Shown piece after piece: positions 49,484 through 59,417 of a stretch of 64,000 bases of DNA. The translations under genes were made by a program, and so were the position numbers. The notes below the pieces were generated by a model. The model was not told the origin of the DNA and made no database searches. It saw only the letters and a list, made by a program, of their open reading frames with translations. Each line of letters begins with the position of its first letter. The stretch's first letter is position 1. The stretch is from Candidatus Cloacimonadales bacterium (GTDB lineage: Bacteria; Cloacimonadota; Cloacimonadia; Cloacimonadales; JAFGVF01), in the NCBI GenBank assembly GCA_963667035.1, contig OY762964.1, positions 32,001-96,000 of the forward strand. The letters are read 5' to 3'.

Positions 49484-50728
49484 ATGCTCGTTTACGAAAG
49501 AAACAATTACCGGATCATGATAATCTGTGCTATAGGGATTGCTCTACTGGGAATTAGCATTGACGGTTTTATTCCGAGTTTTCAAGGCTTTTTGAAACTT
49601 CAAACTCATGCAGCAAGGCTGATTAATGATTTTACCGTGATTGGTGGTACCGGAGGAGCTCTTTTAAATGCCGGCATCATGGGATTACTATCACTACTTT
49701 TAATTAAGGTCTGTGATATCAGTCTTTCCGGTCCCACTATCGCAGCTTTCTTCACGATTGTTGGTTTCAGTCTATTTGGTAAAACACCTTTTAATGCCAT
49801 ACCTATCGTATTGGGTGTATTTCTCGCAAGTAAAATCAGCAGGAAGTCATTTAGTAGCTTTATTCTCTTCGCCCTTTTCGGCACAGCTCTTGGTCCTTTG
49901 GTTAGCTACATAATATTTGAAGCGGGAATCACAGGGATATATGCAATACCTATTGGTATTCTCGGTGGTATCATAGCAGGTTTCTTCCTTCCGAGTTTGG
50001 GTGTCGCAATGCTTCGTATGCATGAAGGGTTTAACCTCTACAACATCGGTCTTACTTGTGGTTTCTTAGCCCTCTTTTTTGCATCTTTCCTCGTAGGAGC
50101 AAGGCAAGATATAGGAATCAAGATTATCTGGAATACAGAACCCCATTTAGGGCTGATTCTTCTCACTCCGGTCATATCATTACTATTAATAATCTGGGGT
50201 GCAATCATGGATGGTTCTCAATTATTCAAGAACCTTGTTAAAATCATGAAACTTCCCGGTCGACTCCCAACAGACTTTATGTCCAATGTGTCTCCCGGAT
50301 CTTCTTTGGTAAATGCAGGACTTTTAGGATTAGCAGGAACAATATACCTGCTATTAATAAAAGCTCCTCTGAACGGTCCTGTGATTGGTGGACTATTTAC
50401 AGTAATCGGGTTTGCTACTTTTGGTAAACACCTTAAGAATTGCTGGGCTCCAGTATTGGGTGTTATTATAGCAACCTTACTCTACGGCAAAGCTCTTAAT
50501 GCTCCCGGACCTGTGTTAGCTGTGCTTTTTGTTACTACTCTTGCTCCGTTAAGCGGACAGTTTGGTCCAATAGTAGGTATCGCAGCAGGATTTGTTCATT
50601 TATCTTTAGTAGAACGTAGTGCAGCTTGGCACGGAGGATTGGATTTATATAATAATGGTTTTGCAGGTGGCTTAACAGCTACTCTTTTCTTAGCAATAAT
50701 TCAATGGTTTAAAGGAATAAAGAAATAA
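49484..50728 (+). CDS. DUF1576-family membrane protein
   Basis: Internally duplicated GP.I..FT..GF..FGK and HxGxxLYNxG motifs, with many TM helices. Confidence 0.85.
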   Translation: MLVYERNNYRIMIICAIGIALLGISIDGFIPSFQGFLKLQTHAARLINDFTVIGGTGGALLNAGIMGLLSLLLIKVCDISLSGPTIAAFFTIVGFSLFGKTPFNAIPIVLGVFLASKISRKSFSSFILFALFGTALGPLVSYIIFEAGITGIYAIPIGILGGIIAGFFLPSLGVAMLRMHEGFNLYNIGLTCGFLALFFASFLVGARQDIGIKIIWNTEPHLGLILLTPVISLLLIIWGAIMDGSQLFKNLVKIMKLPGRLPTDFMSNVSPGSSLVNAGLLGLAGTIYLLLIKAPLNGPVIGGLFTVIGFATFGKHLKNCWAPVLGVIIATLLYGKALNAPGPVLAVLFVTTLAPLSGQFGPIVGIAAGFVHLSLVERSAAWHGGLDLYNNGFAGGLTATLFLAIIQWFKGIKK

Positions 50729-50743
50729 TAAGGAGTTCTCTTT

Positions 50744-51127
50744 ATGCAGGATAAAGAATACTTACTTCATATAATTGGAGAGATATCCAACTTCATTTTG
50801 GAATCAAAACCCCGTAAAATGGTAATCAGTCTTCATCAAGAAGAAGACGGTATGCACCTTGCAGTTGTCGATAATAATATTCGTACTGACGCAGAGCTCG
50901 AAGAAATAAACAAAGCTTTAAATACAGGCACTCGCCCCGAATTAGCAGAATACTATGGTACGATGAGCGGAAGCGATATGTTTGGAGCTGCCAGACTCAA
51001 CCTTATTGGCTGGAAAATAAAGCATGCCGATGTCAGTCGCACATCAAGTGGCACTAAGATTGACTTATGGGTTGGAAGCGACCGCTTTGATGCGAGCTAT
51101 TTTAATATCCCGGAAAAGAAGAAATAA
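50744..51127 (+). CDS. hypothetical protein coupled to the DUF1576 gene
   Basis: AAGGAG RBS, 15 nt after the upstream stop. Confidence 0.75.
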   Translation: MQDKEYLLHIIGEISNFILESKPRKMVISLHQEEDGMHLAVVDNNIRTDAELEEINKALNTGTRPELAEYYGTMSGSDMFGAARLNLIGWKIKHADVSRTSSGTKIDLWVGSDRFDASYFNIPEKKK

Positions 51128-51147
51128 TAATATACAGGAAGAATTGG

Positions 51148-51669
51148 ATGAGAATTGAGACTTCAAGGTTATTAATTAGGAGTGTTACATTATCAGATTG
51201 CGAGGTATTAGTCTCATGGAAGAACCAAGAGCTTTTTCGTCGCATGTCGATAGGAATTGATGCAGTTATAACCGAGGAGAATCAGAAATCTGACATACAG
51301 AATAGTATCGATAATAATCAACCATACTACATAGTAGAACTAAAAGAAATTCATAAGCCTGTAGGGTACATAAGAATAAATTGGATGGATAGCGATAAGA
51401 AAATAGCCTGGCTTAGATTCGGTATGGGGGAAGAACGCAGAAAAGGCTACTGTAAAGAAGCGTTGTTAGCAGTTATTGCCAAATACTTTCAAGAGAACGT
51501 ACATCGCTTTGATGCTGAAGTATATGATTACAATGAAGCCAGTTTAACTCTCCTCAAATCCATTGGCTTTAAAAATGAAGGGGTTCGTAGAGAGGCGCAT
51601 ATTTCACCAGGGGGCTACTTTGTTGTGAGGATAATGGGGTTATTGCAGGGAGACATTATTTCGATATAG
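51148..51669 (+). CDS. GNAT acetyltransferase (RimJ/RimL-like)
   Basis: IETSRLLIR, RRKGYCKE and NEAS..LL..IGF..EG. Confidence 0.88.
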   Translation: MRIETSRLLIRSVTLSDCEVLVSWKNQELFRRMSIGIDAVITEENQKSDIQNSIDNNQPYYIVELKEIHKPVGYIRINWMDSDKKIAWLRFGMGEERRKGYCKEALLAVIAKYFQENVHRFDAEVYDYNEASLTLLKSIGFKNEGVRREAHISPGGYFVVRIMGLLQGDIISI

Positions 51670-51728
51670 ATAGATTCCATTTGACAGTTAAAACTAATAA
51701 TAACTAAAATGAAAACAATGGGGGTGTT

Positions 51729-52571
51729 ATGAGTTCACCAAAGACATTAAAATTATTCTTAATGGATGGAGTCTCCGATGGTAGAATCATTTGCGAACTA
51801 TCCAACTGGACAGGTAAGGCATATAAACTACCAAGAGTATATGTAAAGCAAAGCAATGATAGAGAAGAACTAAGATCTACTGGAGTGTATTTTCTTTTAG
51901 GAAGAGAAGCAGACGAAAAATATACTGTTTATATCGGGGAGGCTGAGGACATATATCAAAGGCTCATGCAACATTTATCAACTAAGGATTTCTGGAATGA
52001 AGCGATTGTTTTTATTAGCAAGGATGAAAACTTAAATAAGGCTCATATAAAATACTTAGAACATAGGTTACACCAGATTGCTTGTAAAACTGACAGATAC
52101 ATTATAAAAAATAGTAATATACCCAACAAACCCTCAATATCTGAACCAGATCAAGCTGAAATGGAAGAGTTTGTTAACAACATAGTTATGATTATCCCGG
52201 TTTTAGGACATAAAGTCTTAGAAGATGTAGTGAAAGTTGATAAAAGAAAGAAGGATATCTTAGAGTTAGTAGGACCTAGAGGAGCTGATGCTAAAGGTAT
52301 AGTTACTCCTGAAGGATTTGTTGTTTTGAAAGGCTCTAAGTTTGCCAGTTCAGTTGTAAACTCCTTTCAGGGTGGATTAGTAAAACTTAGAGATAAACTT
52401 ATTTCTGAAAAAATCTTACTGAATATAGAAAACTCATTAGAGCTGTCGGCAGACTATGTATTTAGTAGCCCATCTACAGCAGCTTCTTTAGTACTAGGCC
52501 GTCCAGCTAATGGACTCACTGAATGGAAGAATAAAGCAAGCAAGACACTAAAAGATCTATATAAAAAGTGA
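51729..52571 (+). CDS. GIY-YIG nuclease + DUF4357 protein
   Basis: ELSNWTGKA, GVYFL...VYIGEAE, LNKAHIKYLE and FSSPSTAA..VLGR..NG..EWK. Confidence 0.88.
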   Translation: MSSPKTLKLFLMDGVSDGRIICELSNWTGKAYKLPRVYVKQSNDREELRSTGVYFLLGREADEKYTVYIGEAEDIYQRLMQHLSTKDFWNEAIVFISKDENLNKAHIKYLEHRLHQIACKTDRYIIKNSNIPNKPSISEPDQAEMEEFVNNIVMIIPVLGHKVLEDVVKVDKRKKDILELVGPRGADAKGIVTPEGFVVLKGSKFASSVVNSFQGGLVKLRDKLISEKILLNIENSLELSADYVFSSPSTAASLVLGRPANGLTEWKNKASKTLKDLYKK

Positions 52572-52666
52572 AGTATAGCAGGAGAAAAGTTGCAAGAAAC
52601 CAAAATGCCTGATGGGTTTAGGCTATAAATTTGGTGGTTAGTGACAACAACTTTTAGGGAGTTAAT

Positions 52667-53665
52667 ATGAATTTAGAAAGCAAGAAACTTTTTAATAACG
52701 ATGTTTTAGAAAGAATACTAAAACGGTACAACTATAGTAGGGACGATGTTACAGAACTGGGCGGTTTTGAGAGTTTTATCTACAAAGTAAGGCAACCTAA
52801 CCAAGATCTTATTCTCAGAATATCCCACAGTTTACATCGGACTACAGATGAAATCATTGCTGAATTGGAATTTGTCAATTTCTTAGCAGCTAATGGAGTA
52901 TCTGTTGCTCCGGCTTATCCATCTTCAGATGGCAACTTAGTTGAAGAGTTTCAGGTGGGTGACTCCTATTTTCTTACAACTGTTTTTAAGATGCTTGAGG
53001 GGCAGCATTTGAAACCTGAGGATAGAAGTGCCGAAGTATACGAGCAACTCGGTAGTATGATAGGTAAAATGCATCGACTCACAAAGTCATTCTCTTTTTC
53101 AAGAAAAGAGATTAACCGTCAACATTGGTATGAGGATTTCGAGCCGCTCATGGATTTCATTCCTGAGGACAAGGAAGAAGTTCGAAGAGAGGTTGTTAAG
53201 GTCATTGAAGAGATTAAAAGATTGCCGAGAGATAATGATAGCTATGGTCTTATCCATTCCGATGCCCACTTTGGGAATATGTTTATCAATGATGGGAAGT
53301 TATCTCTTTTCGATTTCGATGACGCTCAATATATGTACTTCATTAGTGATCTCGCAATAGTAGTCTTCTATAGCGTTATGGGTAGATATAAAGATATGGA
53401 TACTGATGATTTTGTCGCTTACATAATGACAAATTTACTAAAAGGCTACCGCAGAGAAAACAAACTGAGCAATTATTGGATTGAGAAGATTCCTCTTTTC
53501 CTAAAACTTAGAGAAGTGGAATTATATACTGTAATCCACATGAGCTTTACTGAAGAAGAAATGGCTACAAATTCTTGGTGCAAGATGTATATGACAGACA
53601 GAGAGCAAAAGATTTTGAATAAAGTTCCATATCTTAACTACGATTTTTCTAAGCACAATGAGTAG
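52667..53665 (+). CDS. phosphotransferase enzyme family protein (APH / type II homoserine kinase-like)
   Basis: ILRISH, GKMH, GLIHSDAHFGN and LFDFDD. Confidence 0.88.
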   Translation: MNLESKKLFNNDVLERILKRYNYSRDDVTELGGFESFIYKVRQPNQDLILRISHSLHRTTDEIIAELEFVNFLAANGVSVAPAYPSSDGNLVEEFQVGDSYFLTTVFKMLEGQHLKPEDRSAEVYEQLGSMIGKMHRLTKSFSFSRKEINRQHWYEDFEPLMDFIPEDKEEVRREVVKVIEEIKRLPRDNDSYGLIHSDAHFGNMFINDGKLSLFDFDDAQYMYFISDLAIVVFYSVMGRYKDMDTDDFVAYIMTNLLKGYRRENKLSNYWIEKIPLFLKLREVELYTVIHMSFTEEEMATNSWCKMYMTDREQKILNKVPYLNYDFSKHNE

Positions 53666-53725
53666 TGTTATCATAGTATCATCATCCCTATTTTGCTTCT
53701 TTCTCTCTTAAAGACGTTAAATATA

Positions 53726-53860
53726 CCATCTCAAAGAAAGCTATATGTAAGGTGTTTTTCCTGCTTGTATAGCAGGTAACATGTCAGATTTAACAGTGTG
53801 ATATTCCGTCTGTAACTATAGTAGAAAAGGTAAGTCTTTCAGTAGTTGGCAGGGATCGAT
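53726..53860 (-). pseudogene. decayed copy of the 3' end of the four-helix-bundle gene
   Basis: Aligns with about 54865-55000, including the shared TAACATGTCAGATTTAACAGTG. Confidence 0.7.
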
Positions 53861-53952
53861 TGTAACATCAGGAATAGCAGAAAACCGTTCACAAAGTTCA
53901 TAGAACCTTATGAACGGTTTCAGTATACTAATTGTTTATGATTTATTTAAAC

Positions 53953-54531
53953 CTATTTGTGCTTTAAATCCAGTTTAGCCTCTTCCTCAATCCGTTTTAA
54001 TTCATCGCTAGGAACATGCATTTTGTGTGCTAAATGCTGGATAGCATCCTTTTCTGCTGAATCTATTTTATGGTCAGCTAAGGCACAGTGATAGCATAAG
54101 CGAATCAGGTAATAACGCTTTTTAGGATTGTTCTGATATATTAGGCAGATATCATCAACAATCTTATCTAAATTTAGATTGTTTAACTCATAATCTTTTA
54201 AAATTTTGTTATAAATATTTAGCACCATTTCTTTCTCATGCTTGCCGAACTTCTCTATAAGTTTATTGTACTCGAAAGGTCTTTGCTCCAATTGATAGGT
54301 TATGTCATCAATAATTTGTTTCTTTTCTTCATTACTGAGATTGTTATCCGATTCAGCCACATGAATTAAAATTGCCATACTGCTGGTAATTAGAGAAAAT
54401 TCTTCAAAAACTTGTTTTTCTTCCTCAGTTTTTGGATTATAATTCTTAGGCTTAAAAAATTCATCTAAAGAATGCATTGGCTCATTTGTAACATGAATTA
54501 TGCCATCAATACCACTTTGCCACCTTGTCAT
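53953..54531 (-). CDS. TerB family protein
   Basis: VAESDNNLSNEE and ALADHKIDSAEK..I..LA. Confidence 0.8.
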   Translation of the reverse strand: MTRWQSGIDGIIHVTNEPMHSLDEFFKPKNYNPKTEEEKQVFEEFSLITSSMAILIHVAESDNNLSNEEKKQIIDDITYQLEQRPFEYNKLIEKFGKHEKEMVLNIYNKILKDYELNNLNLDKIVDDICLIYQNNPKKRYYLIRLCYHCALADHKIDSAEKDAIQHLAHKMHVPSDELKRIEEEAKLDLKHK

Positions 54532-54812
54532 TTTTTGACCTCCGTTTTTCTTTGAATTATTAATCTAGATTTTTCCATCCTTCTCATCTTCTGTCAACAA
54601 TTGTTTCTAAGAAAAAACTGAGAAATTATTACTACTTTATTGTGATAAAGCAGTGATAGTGTATTTGATATCAGCTAATAAATCAACTAATATCAATTGA
54701 ATTTATATCATTGTAACACTACTAACTTCCTGTAACCACAGTGGATTAGCTGATTACAATCAAAAGGGTTATAGCAACAGGATGAAAGCCTAAGCAATAT
54801 AATTAATTAAAC

Positions 54813-55448
54813 CTAATTATTCCTTTTCTTAATTCTTGCCCGATAAAGTTTCTCACTAAAGCCACCATCACTAAGAAAGCTTTCTGCAAGGTGTTTCACC
54901 TGTTTATCGAGCAAATAACATGTCAGATTTAACAGTGACAATACCCCGTTTGCTACTAAAGCAGATGATGAAATACTATCAGTGACTGACAAAGACTGGC
55001 AGTCTTTGCCTTGTTTTATATCATGTCTGTTTTTGTTTGTCCCTGTGCTTCCCTGTCTTGCTTTCTCTCTCCTCACCCAAGCTTGAAACTCCTCCAAGGT
55101 ATCACACCGAGATTTCTTTAGTCTAATCAAAATCGGGTTATCAGGTTCTAATAATGGCATCCCTCTTTGTCTGAGGAAGTCTTCATAATCCAGTTTGAGT
55201 TCCTCCAGGCTGGCTCGCGCTACCTGCGTCAATTTTATCTCAGTTTTCTTTGAGGTTGCTGATGCCTGAGAGCCTTCTGCAATATTCTGCACTCCCGATC
55301 TCGCTGCTTGAACCATCTGATCCGTTGTCCTGCTGAATTTGCTAACATACAATTCACAGAACCTCACTGTTATGTCATATACAAGGCGTGCCTTATGAAA
55401 GCCTAAAAGCTTTCTGTAGCCACCATGATTTTGGATTATCTCCGACAT
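54813..55448 (-). CDS. four-helix-bundle (23S rRNA IVP-like, 'suffix domain') protein
   Basis: HGGYRKL, RTTDQMVQAARSGVQNIAEG, ARASLEELKLDYEDFLRQ and GGFSEKLY. Confidence 0.9.
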   Translation of the reverse strand: MSEIIQNHGGYRKLLGFHKARLVYDITVRFCELYVSKFSRTTDQMVQAARSGVQNIAEGSQASATSKKTEIKLTQVARASLEELKLDYEDFLRQRGMPLLEPDNPILIRLKKSRCDTLEEFQAWVRREKARQGSTGTNKNRHDIKQGKDCQSLSVTDSISSSALVANGVLSLLNLTCYLLDKQVKHLAESFLSDGGFSEKLYRARIKKRNN

Positions 55449-55760
55449 ACAAAACCTCCAACTCAATAATATGAATAGAGATAGGTATGTCGAGAAAATT
55501 ATTTCTGCTAAGAGTAACAGTTGAGAAAATCAAGAACTATCAGTGACGGACAGGGACAATCAGGGAATCTGGAATCCACAAAAAAATATCAGAATTCAAG
55601 ATAAAAGTATGCTTCTATTTGCATCTTACTGTATGTCTCTACCTGTCCCTGTAAGTCCCTGTTCTGCAATTCTCTGCTTGTCAACTCTTGCCCCTGATGG
55701 TCCCTGTTCGTCTCTGTCTTGCATTTCTTGCAATCAAAATTAGAATTTTTCAAGCAATTG

Positions 55761-55906
55761 TCCTCTATCATTGCTCTATCACAATAACCCCGAAATGGTA
55801 GTCCGATTTCTGAGAGTCTCTTGGGCAATCCCTGGGCTGGAAGATAAGTGAGTCATGGGTTTTGGGACAGAAAATGACCAATTTTTGTGTCTTATTGTGA
55901 TAGGGC
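55761..55906. repeat. MITE-like element, copy 2
   Basis: CCTCTATCATTGCTCTATCACAATAA ... TTATTGTGATAGGGC. The left arm is nearly identical to 49209-49234. Confidence 0.6.
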
Positions 55907-55996
55907 TGTGAAAGTGCATGGAATATCATCTATTCTCCAATACAAATTAATAGAATTATTAACATTGAGATGAAATCAATATTATTTAACTTGTAT

Positions 55997-56081
55997 TGAA
56001 TCTTAGTATTGAGAAGAAGAAGGCGATAAAAGATGCTCTTGATGCCGGGATAAAGGTACTGATGAAAGCTGTGGATGTTGT
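55997..56081 (+). repeat. 85-bp direct repeat of 59325-59409 (3' end of the small-protein gene)
   Basis: Manual alignment gives 8 mismatches in 85 nt, all transitions. Confidence 0.85.
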
Positions 56082-56144
56082 GTCATTTGTATTGCAAGAG
56101 TGCCCTCTTATCTACAACCCTGAAGGGGTAGCCCATATTTATTG

Positions 56145-56780
56145 TTATTGAGTTTTCTCCTGTTTTGCATCACCGTTTTTATAATCTTTTATTTGATTAT
56201 AGTACTCACTCCAGATTTCATTTAAATGCTGTTTCGTATCTTCTTCATTTGCCATTCTATAACTAAAGATTAAACCTTTTACAGTGATTGAGGGAAATAG
56301 TCTAACATCAGATACTTGTACAAGGAGCTCTATATTATACATAGATTTCACAAACATATTGTTACCATCAATTGTATAATAGGTTTCAATGATTGTTGGA
56401 ATTGTAACATTTGGTAGTATGATAGTTTTGTTTTTTTCTTTTGAAATGCATTTATTTATAATCATTTTAATGCTCTCTATTGGTGAGCTTATGTATAATA
56501 AATAATCTGGTGATTCTATCGTCCATTGGTTTTCTGAAATAGCATCTGGATAGTGTGCTACTACTCGCTGTAATTGCACCTTTTCATTAGTTGGCCCTAT
56601 TTGAATAGTAAGATTTTCATTTATCTTAACACTCTTAAGTATTGTCATGAATTCATTATTATATTTCTTTGCTGATAGCTTATAAGATTTGTTTGCAATG
56701 TAACTACTGTATATTGATATGAATAAAGCTAATATTGATATAGCAACTGTTATAAGGCTAATGTTCTTTGCTGACATCAT
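56145..56780 (-). CDS. hypothetical protein with N-terminal TM helix
   Basis: 4-nt overlap with the upstream ATPase gene. Confidence 0.75.
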   Translation of the reverse strand: MMSAKNISLITVAISILALFISIYSSYIANKSYKLSAKKYNNEFMTILKSVKINENLTIQIGPTNEKVQLQRVVAHYPDAISENQWTIESPDYLLYISSPIESIKMIINKCISKEKNKTIILPNVTIPTIIETYYTIDGNNMFVKSMYNIELLVQVSDVRLFPSITVKGLIFSYRMANEEDTKQHLNEIWSEYYNQIKDYKNGDAKQEKTQ

Positions 56781-58597
56781 TCCTTAACCTTTCTATGTAG
56801 ATTTGATACAAAATCATAGCAGTATTGGTATTTCTCAATTAGAGACGCTTGTGATATTTTTGTATTGTTAAAGTCTTTGATTATCCTATTTACAAGAAGT
56901 GACTTTAGGTCTTTACATTTACCATCAAGATCAATCTTTAACGCCTTTTTTTGTTTTTTTAAATCATTTAAGATTGGGATCTTATCATTAATTGACGGAA
57001 TAAAACCATAAAGCTCATTTACAATTTCTTTTACAATATCATCAGGATACAGATCTTCTAGTGTAAAACTTGTCTTGGAAAGGTTGCAAAGCTCGGATAA
57101 CTCAAAAGCAGTGTCATTGTAACTGGCATCATTTTCTATTACTTGCGTTTTTACTGTTCGACCTTCATTATCTGAATCAACAACAACAAACCCGTGAACT
57201 GACTTGTTATTAAAAAACTTAGTATATGTATGTATTTTTGATGCTGAACCTGCAGAAATTGTCTTTAACTGAACTGGTTTTAGTGTCTTTTCGAATCTGG
57301 TGGTTATTGCATCAAACAAGTCCTTATCTGTTTTCCCCTCAAAAATAATCATGTTAGGTTCAATAAACTCGTATATTGAAGTGCCAAGGGCCTCATAGAT
57401 AATTTCTTCTTGTAATGGATTGTCTATAGAAAGCCTTGTAAACGAAGAGACACCGTTTTCTTTAACAACTTTGAGATGACGATCAATATTTAGTTTGTCA
57501 ACAAAATATATTGAATGTGACGAGACTAAAACTAAATTGGTGGAAGAGATATTGATAAGCTCATTCCTTAAATATTTAATACTGCTTGGATGAAGGCTAT
57601 TTTCAGGTTCATCAATAAGTACTATATTGTTTTTTAACTTATCTGTACTGTTTTCAGCAGAGAGAGTGAGAAGTATAGATATGAAATGCTTAAATCCATC
57701 ACTTCGCTGGTTCATTTTAAACATTGACTTGTCCTTATCATTGTCACTAATTAACACAGTGCAAGTATTAGTTTCGATTCTGACAACGAAAGTAATTTTA
57801 TGCTCTGGCCATAATTTGTTTATATAATTTGTAGTGCATTCGCCAATTTCTCTTTCTAATTCTATCCTCCCCTCAGATGTTGTTTTTGCTGTGTCAATTC
57901 TATGATCAATGAGCTCATCACTGATTCCAGATATTTTAAACATATTCCTTAGTGGTATGGAACTATTCTTATCAGCTTTGAAACTATCTAAATTTATTGG
58001 TTTATTTATTAGATATTCATCCTTTGCCTCCCAATTAATTACTGGGGGGATTATACTAGGGATAAATTTTTGTAAATGTTGGACTAAAACCGAGTCCAAG
58101 ATATCCTGAGTTAATGCTATTACTCTGCCAACATTCTTTTCAACAAATTTATTATGAAACGATCCTTTCTCTTCGGAAAACACATAATGATCTAAAAGAA
58201 ATTGATTATCAAGCAGGTCTAACTGATAATTAGTTACAACTTTTGAGTTGTGATCAAACTTTTTGCTAACGATTAGAAAAGACTTTGCGAGGACTGCAAT
58301 TAAATCTATGGGTAAACCACTATTCTTAAAACAAGTTTTAATCTCATTCTCAGTCATTAAAAAAAAATATCTGAGTTCAATCTCCCGCTTATTCTTGCCT
58401 GCTTCTTTTTCACAATCATCATTATATTTAACTTTTTGTTGAGGATCTAGTAAACTGATGGCTTTAAGCAAACTACTCTTACCAGCACCATTTTTTCCAA
58501 AAAAGATGTGGCAGTTTTTATCAGATATTGCATCAAACGATAATTCTTCATCTTTAATACTACGGAAATTTCTAATCTTAACTTTGCTTAGTTTCAT
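56777..58597 (-). CDS. OLD-like ATP-dependent endonuclease (ABC ATPase + TOPRIM)
   Basis: IRNFRSI, GKNGAGKSS, RSDG signature, LIDEPENSLHP, SSHS, and TOPRIM motifs FEGKTD and VDSD. Confidence 0.82.
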   Translation of the reverse strand: MKLSKVKIRNFRSIKDEELSFDAISDKNCHIFFGKNGAGKSSLLKAISLLDPQQKVKYNDDCEKEAGKNKREIELRYFFLMTENEIKTCFKNSGLPIDLIAVLAKSFLIVSKKFDHNSKVVTNYQLDLLDNQFLLDHYVFSEEKGSFHNKFVEKNVGRVIALTQDILDSVLVQHLQKFIPSIIPPVINWEAKDEYLINKPINLDSFKADKNSSIPLRNMFKISGISDELIDHRIDTAKTTSEGRIELEREIGECTTNYINKLWPEHKITFVVRIETNTCTVLISDNDKDKSMFKMNQRSDGFKHFISILLTLSAENSTDKLKNNIVLIDEPENSLHPSSIKYLRNELINISSTNLVLVSSHSIYFVDKLNIDRHLKVVKENGVSSFTRLSIDNPLQEEIIYEALGTSIYEFIEPNMIIFEGKTDKDLFDAITTRFEKTLKPVQLKTISAGSASKIHTYTKFFNNKSVHGFVVVDSDNEGRTVKTQVIENDASYNDTAFELSELCNLSKTSFTLEDLYPDDIVKEIVNELYGFIPSINDKIPILNDLKKQKKALKIDLDGKCKDLKSLLVNRIIKDFNNTKISQASLIEKYQYCYDFVSNLHRKVKE

Positions 58598-58900
58598 ATT
58601 CCCCTCTTATCATAAACAGTGATTTTAAATATCTTTTACTATTGATTACATTATGTATTAAGATAGGTCATTACTTTTGTCAAATCAAAAGATAACTTTT
58701 CTTCATTAGTTATGCCTACTAATGCCAAAAGAAAGCAGTTCAGCCCAATATGCAATACATAATATTTCTTAACATCTATTTATAGAACTTAAAATAGAAA
58801 AATATTGAGTATTGATACTCCTATGTGTTAATCCATTGACACCTATTTCAATATAATATGGGTTTGTTCTGAGTAAACTTAATAACAAACTGGAGCCACC

Positions 58901-59094
58901 ATGCAAAAAACAAAACTTTTAGGGTTCTAGTAATAGCAATACTGCTAAGTTCCTGTTCATACAGCAAATTAGCGGATTATAATCAAAGAACCGCTGATAA
59001 GATTATTGAGATATCTAAGAAGGTTAAGTTGAATAGTAAGGCAATCAAGAGGAATATAATAGCGATAGCAACGGGAGAGAAGCTTAAGCAATAA
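58901..59094 (+). pseudogene. lipoprotein paralog with frameshift and internal deletion
   Basis: LLSSCSYSKLADYNQRTADKIIEIS is joined to LNSKAIKRNIIAIATGEKLK, matching both termini of 6870-7292. Confidence 0.85.
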
Positions 59095-59107
59095 CAGAGG
59101 AGCTACT

Positions 59108-59416
59108 ATGGATTTTGAACAAATATTAAGTGATATGCTTTCTGAGATGAAGGTATCGTTGGGTGATAATGTAACTGAAGCTTATGGATTACTAAAACAG
59201 TATGTAGAAAACAACAAAGATGCCATTGAAGAGGCTACAACTATGCTCAAGAATGGTGAGATAAGTGCTGACGAGTTCAAAAGCACCATGGAAGATAATG
59301 CACTAGCTTTAGAATCGGAAATGCTGAATCTTAGTATCAAGAAGAAGAAGGCGATAAAGGATGCTCTTGATGCCGGGGTGAAGGTGCTGATGAAGACTGT
59401 GGATGTTGTAGTTTAG
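59108..59416 (+). CDS. hypothetical small helical protein (paralog of 7302-7607)
   Basis: Collinear similarity over the full length, with a GAGGAG RBS. Confidence 0.85.
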   Translation: MDFEQILSDMLSEMKVSLGDNVTEAYGLLKQYVENNKDAIEEATTMLKNGEISADEFKSTMEDNALALESEMLNLSIKKKKAIKDALDAGVKVLMKTVDVVV

Positions 59417-59417
59417 G

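Noticed and set aside
53726..55448. Possible diversity-generating retroelement (four-helix-bundle gene as Avd, duplicated segment as TR/VR)
   Set aside because: There is no reverse transcriptase in the window, the mismatches are not adenine-specific and include indels, and the protein is the IVP/suffix type.
55543..55828. Short ORFs 55543-55743 (+) and 55589-55828 (-)
   Set aside because: They overlap low-complexity repeats and the MITE-like element and show no protein-like features.
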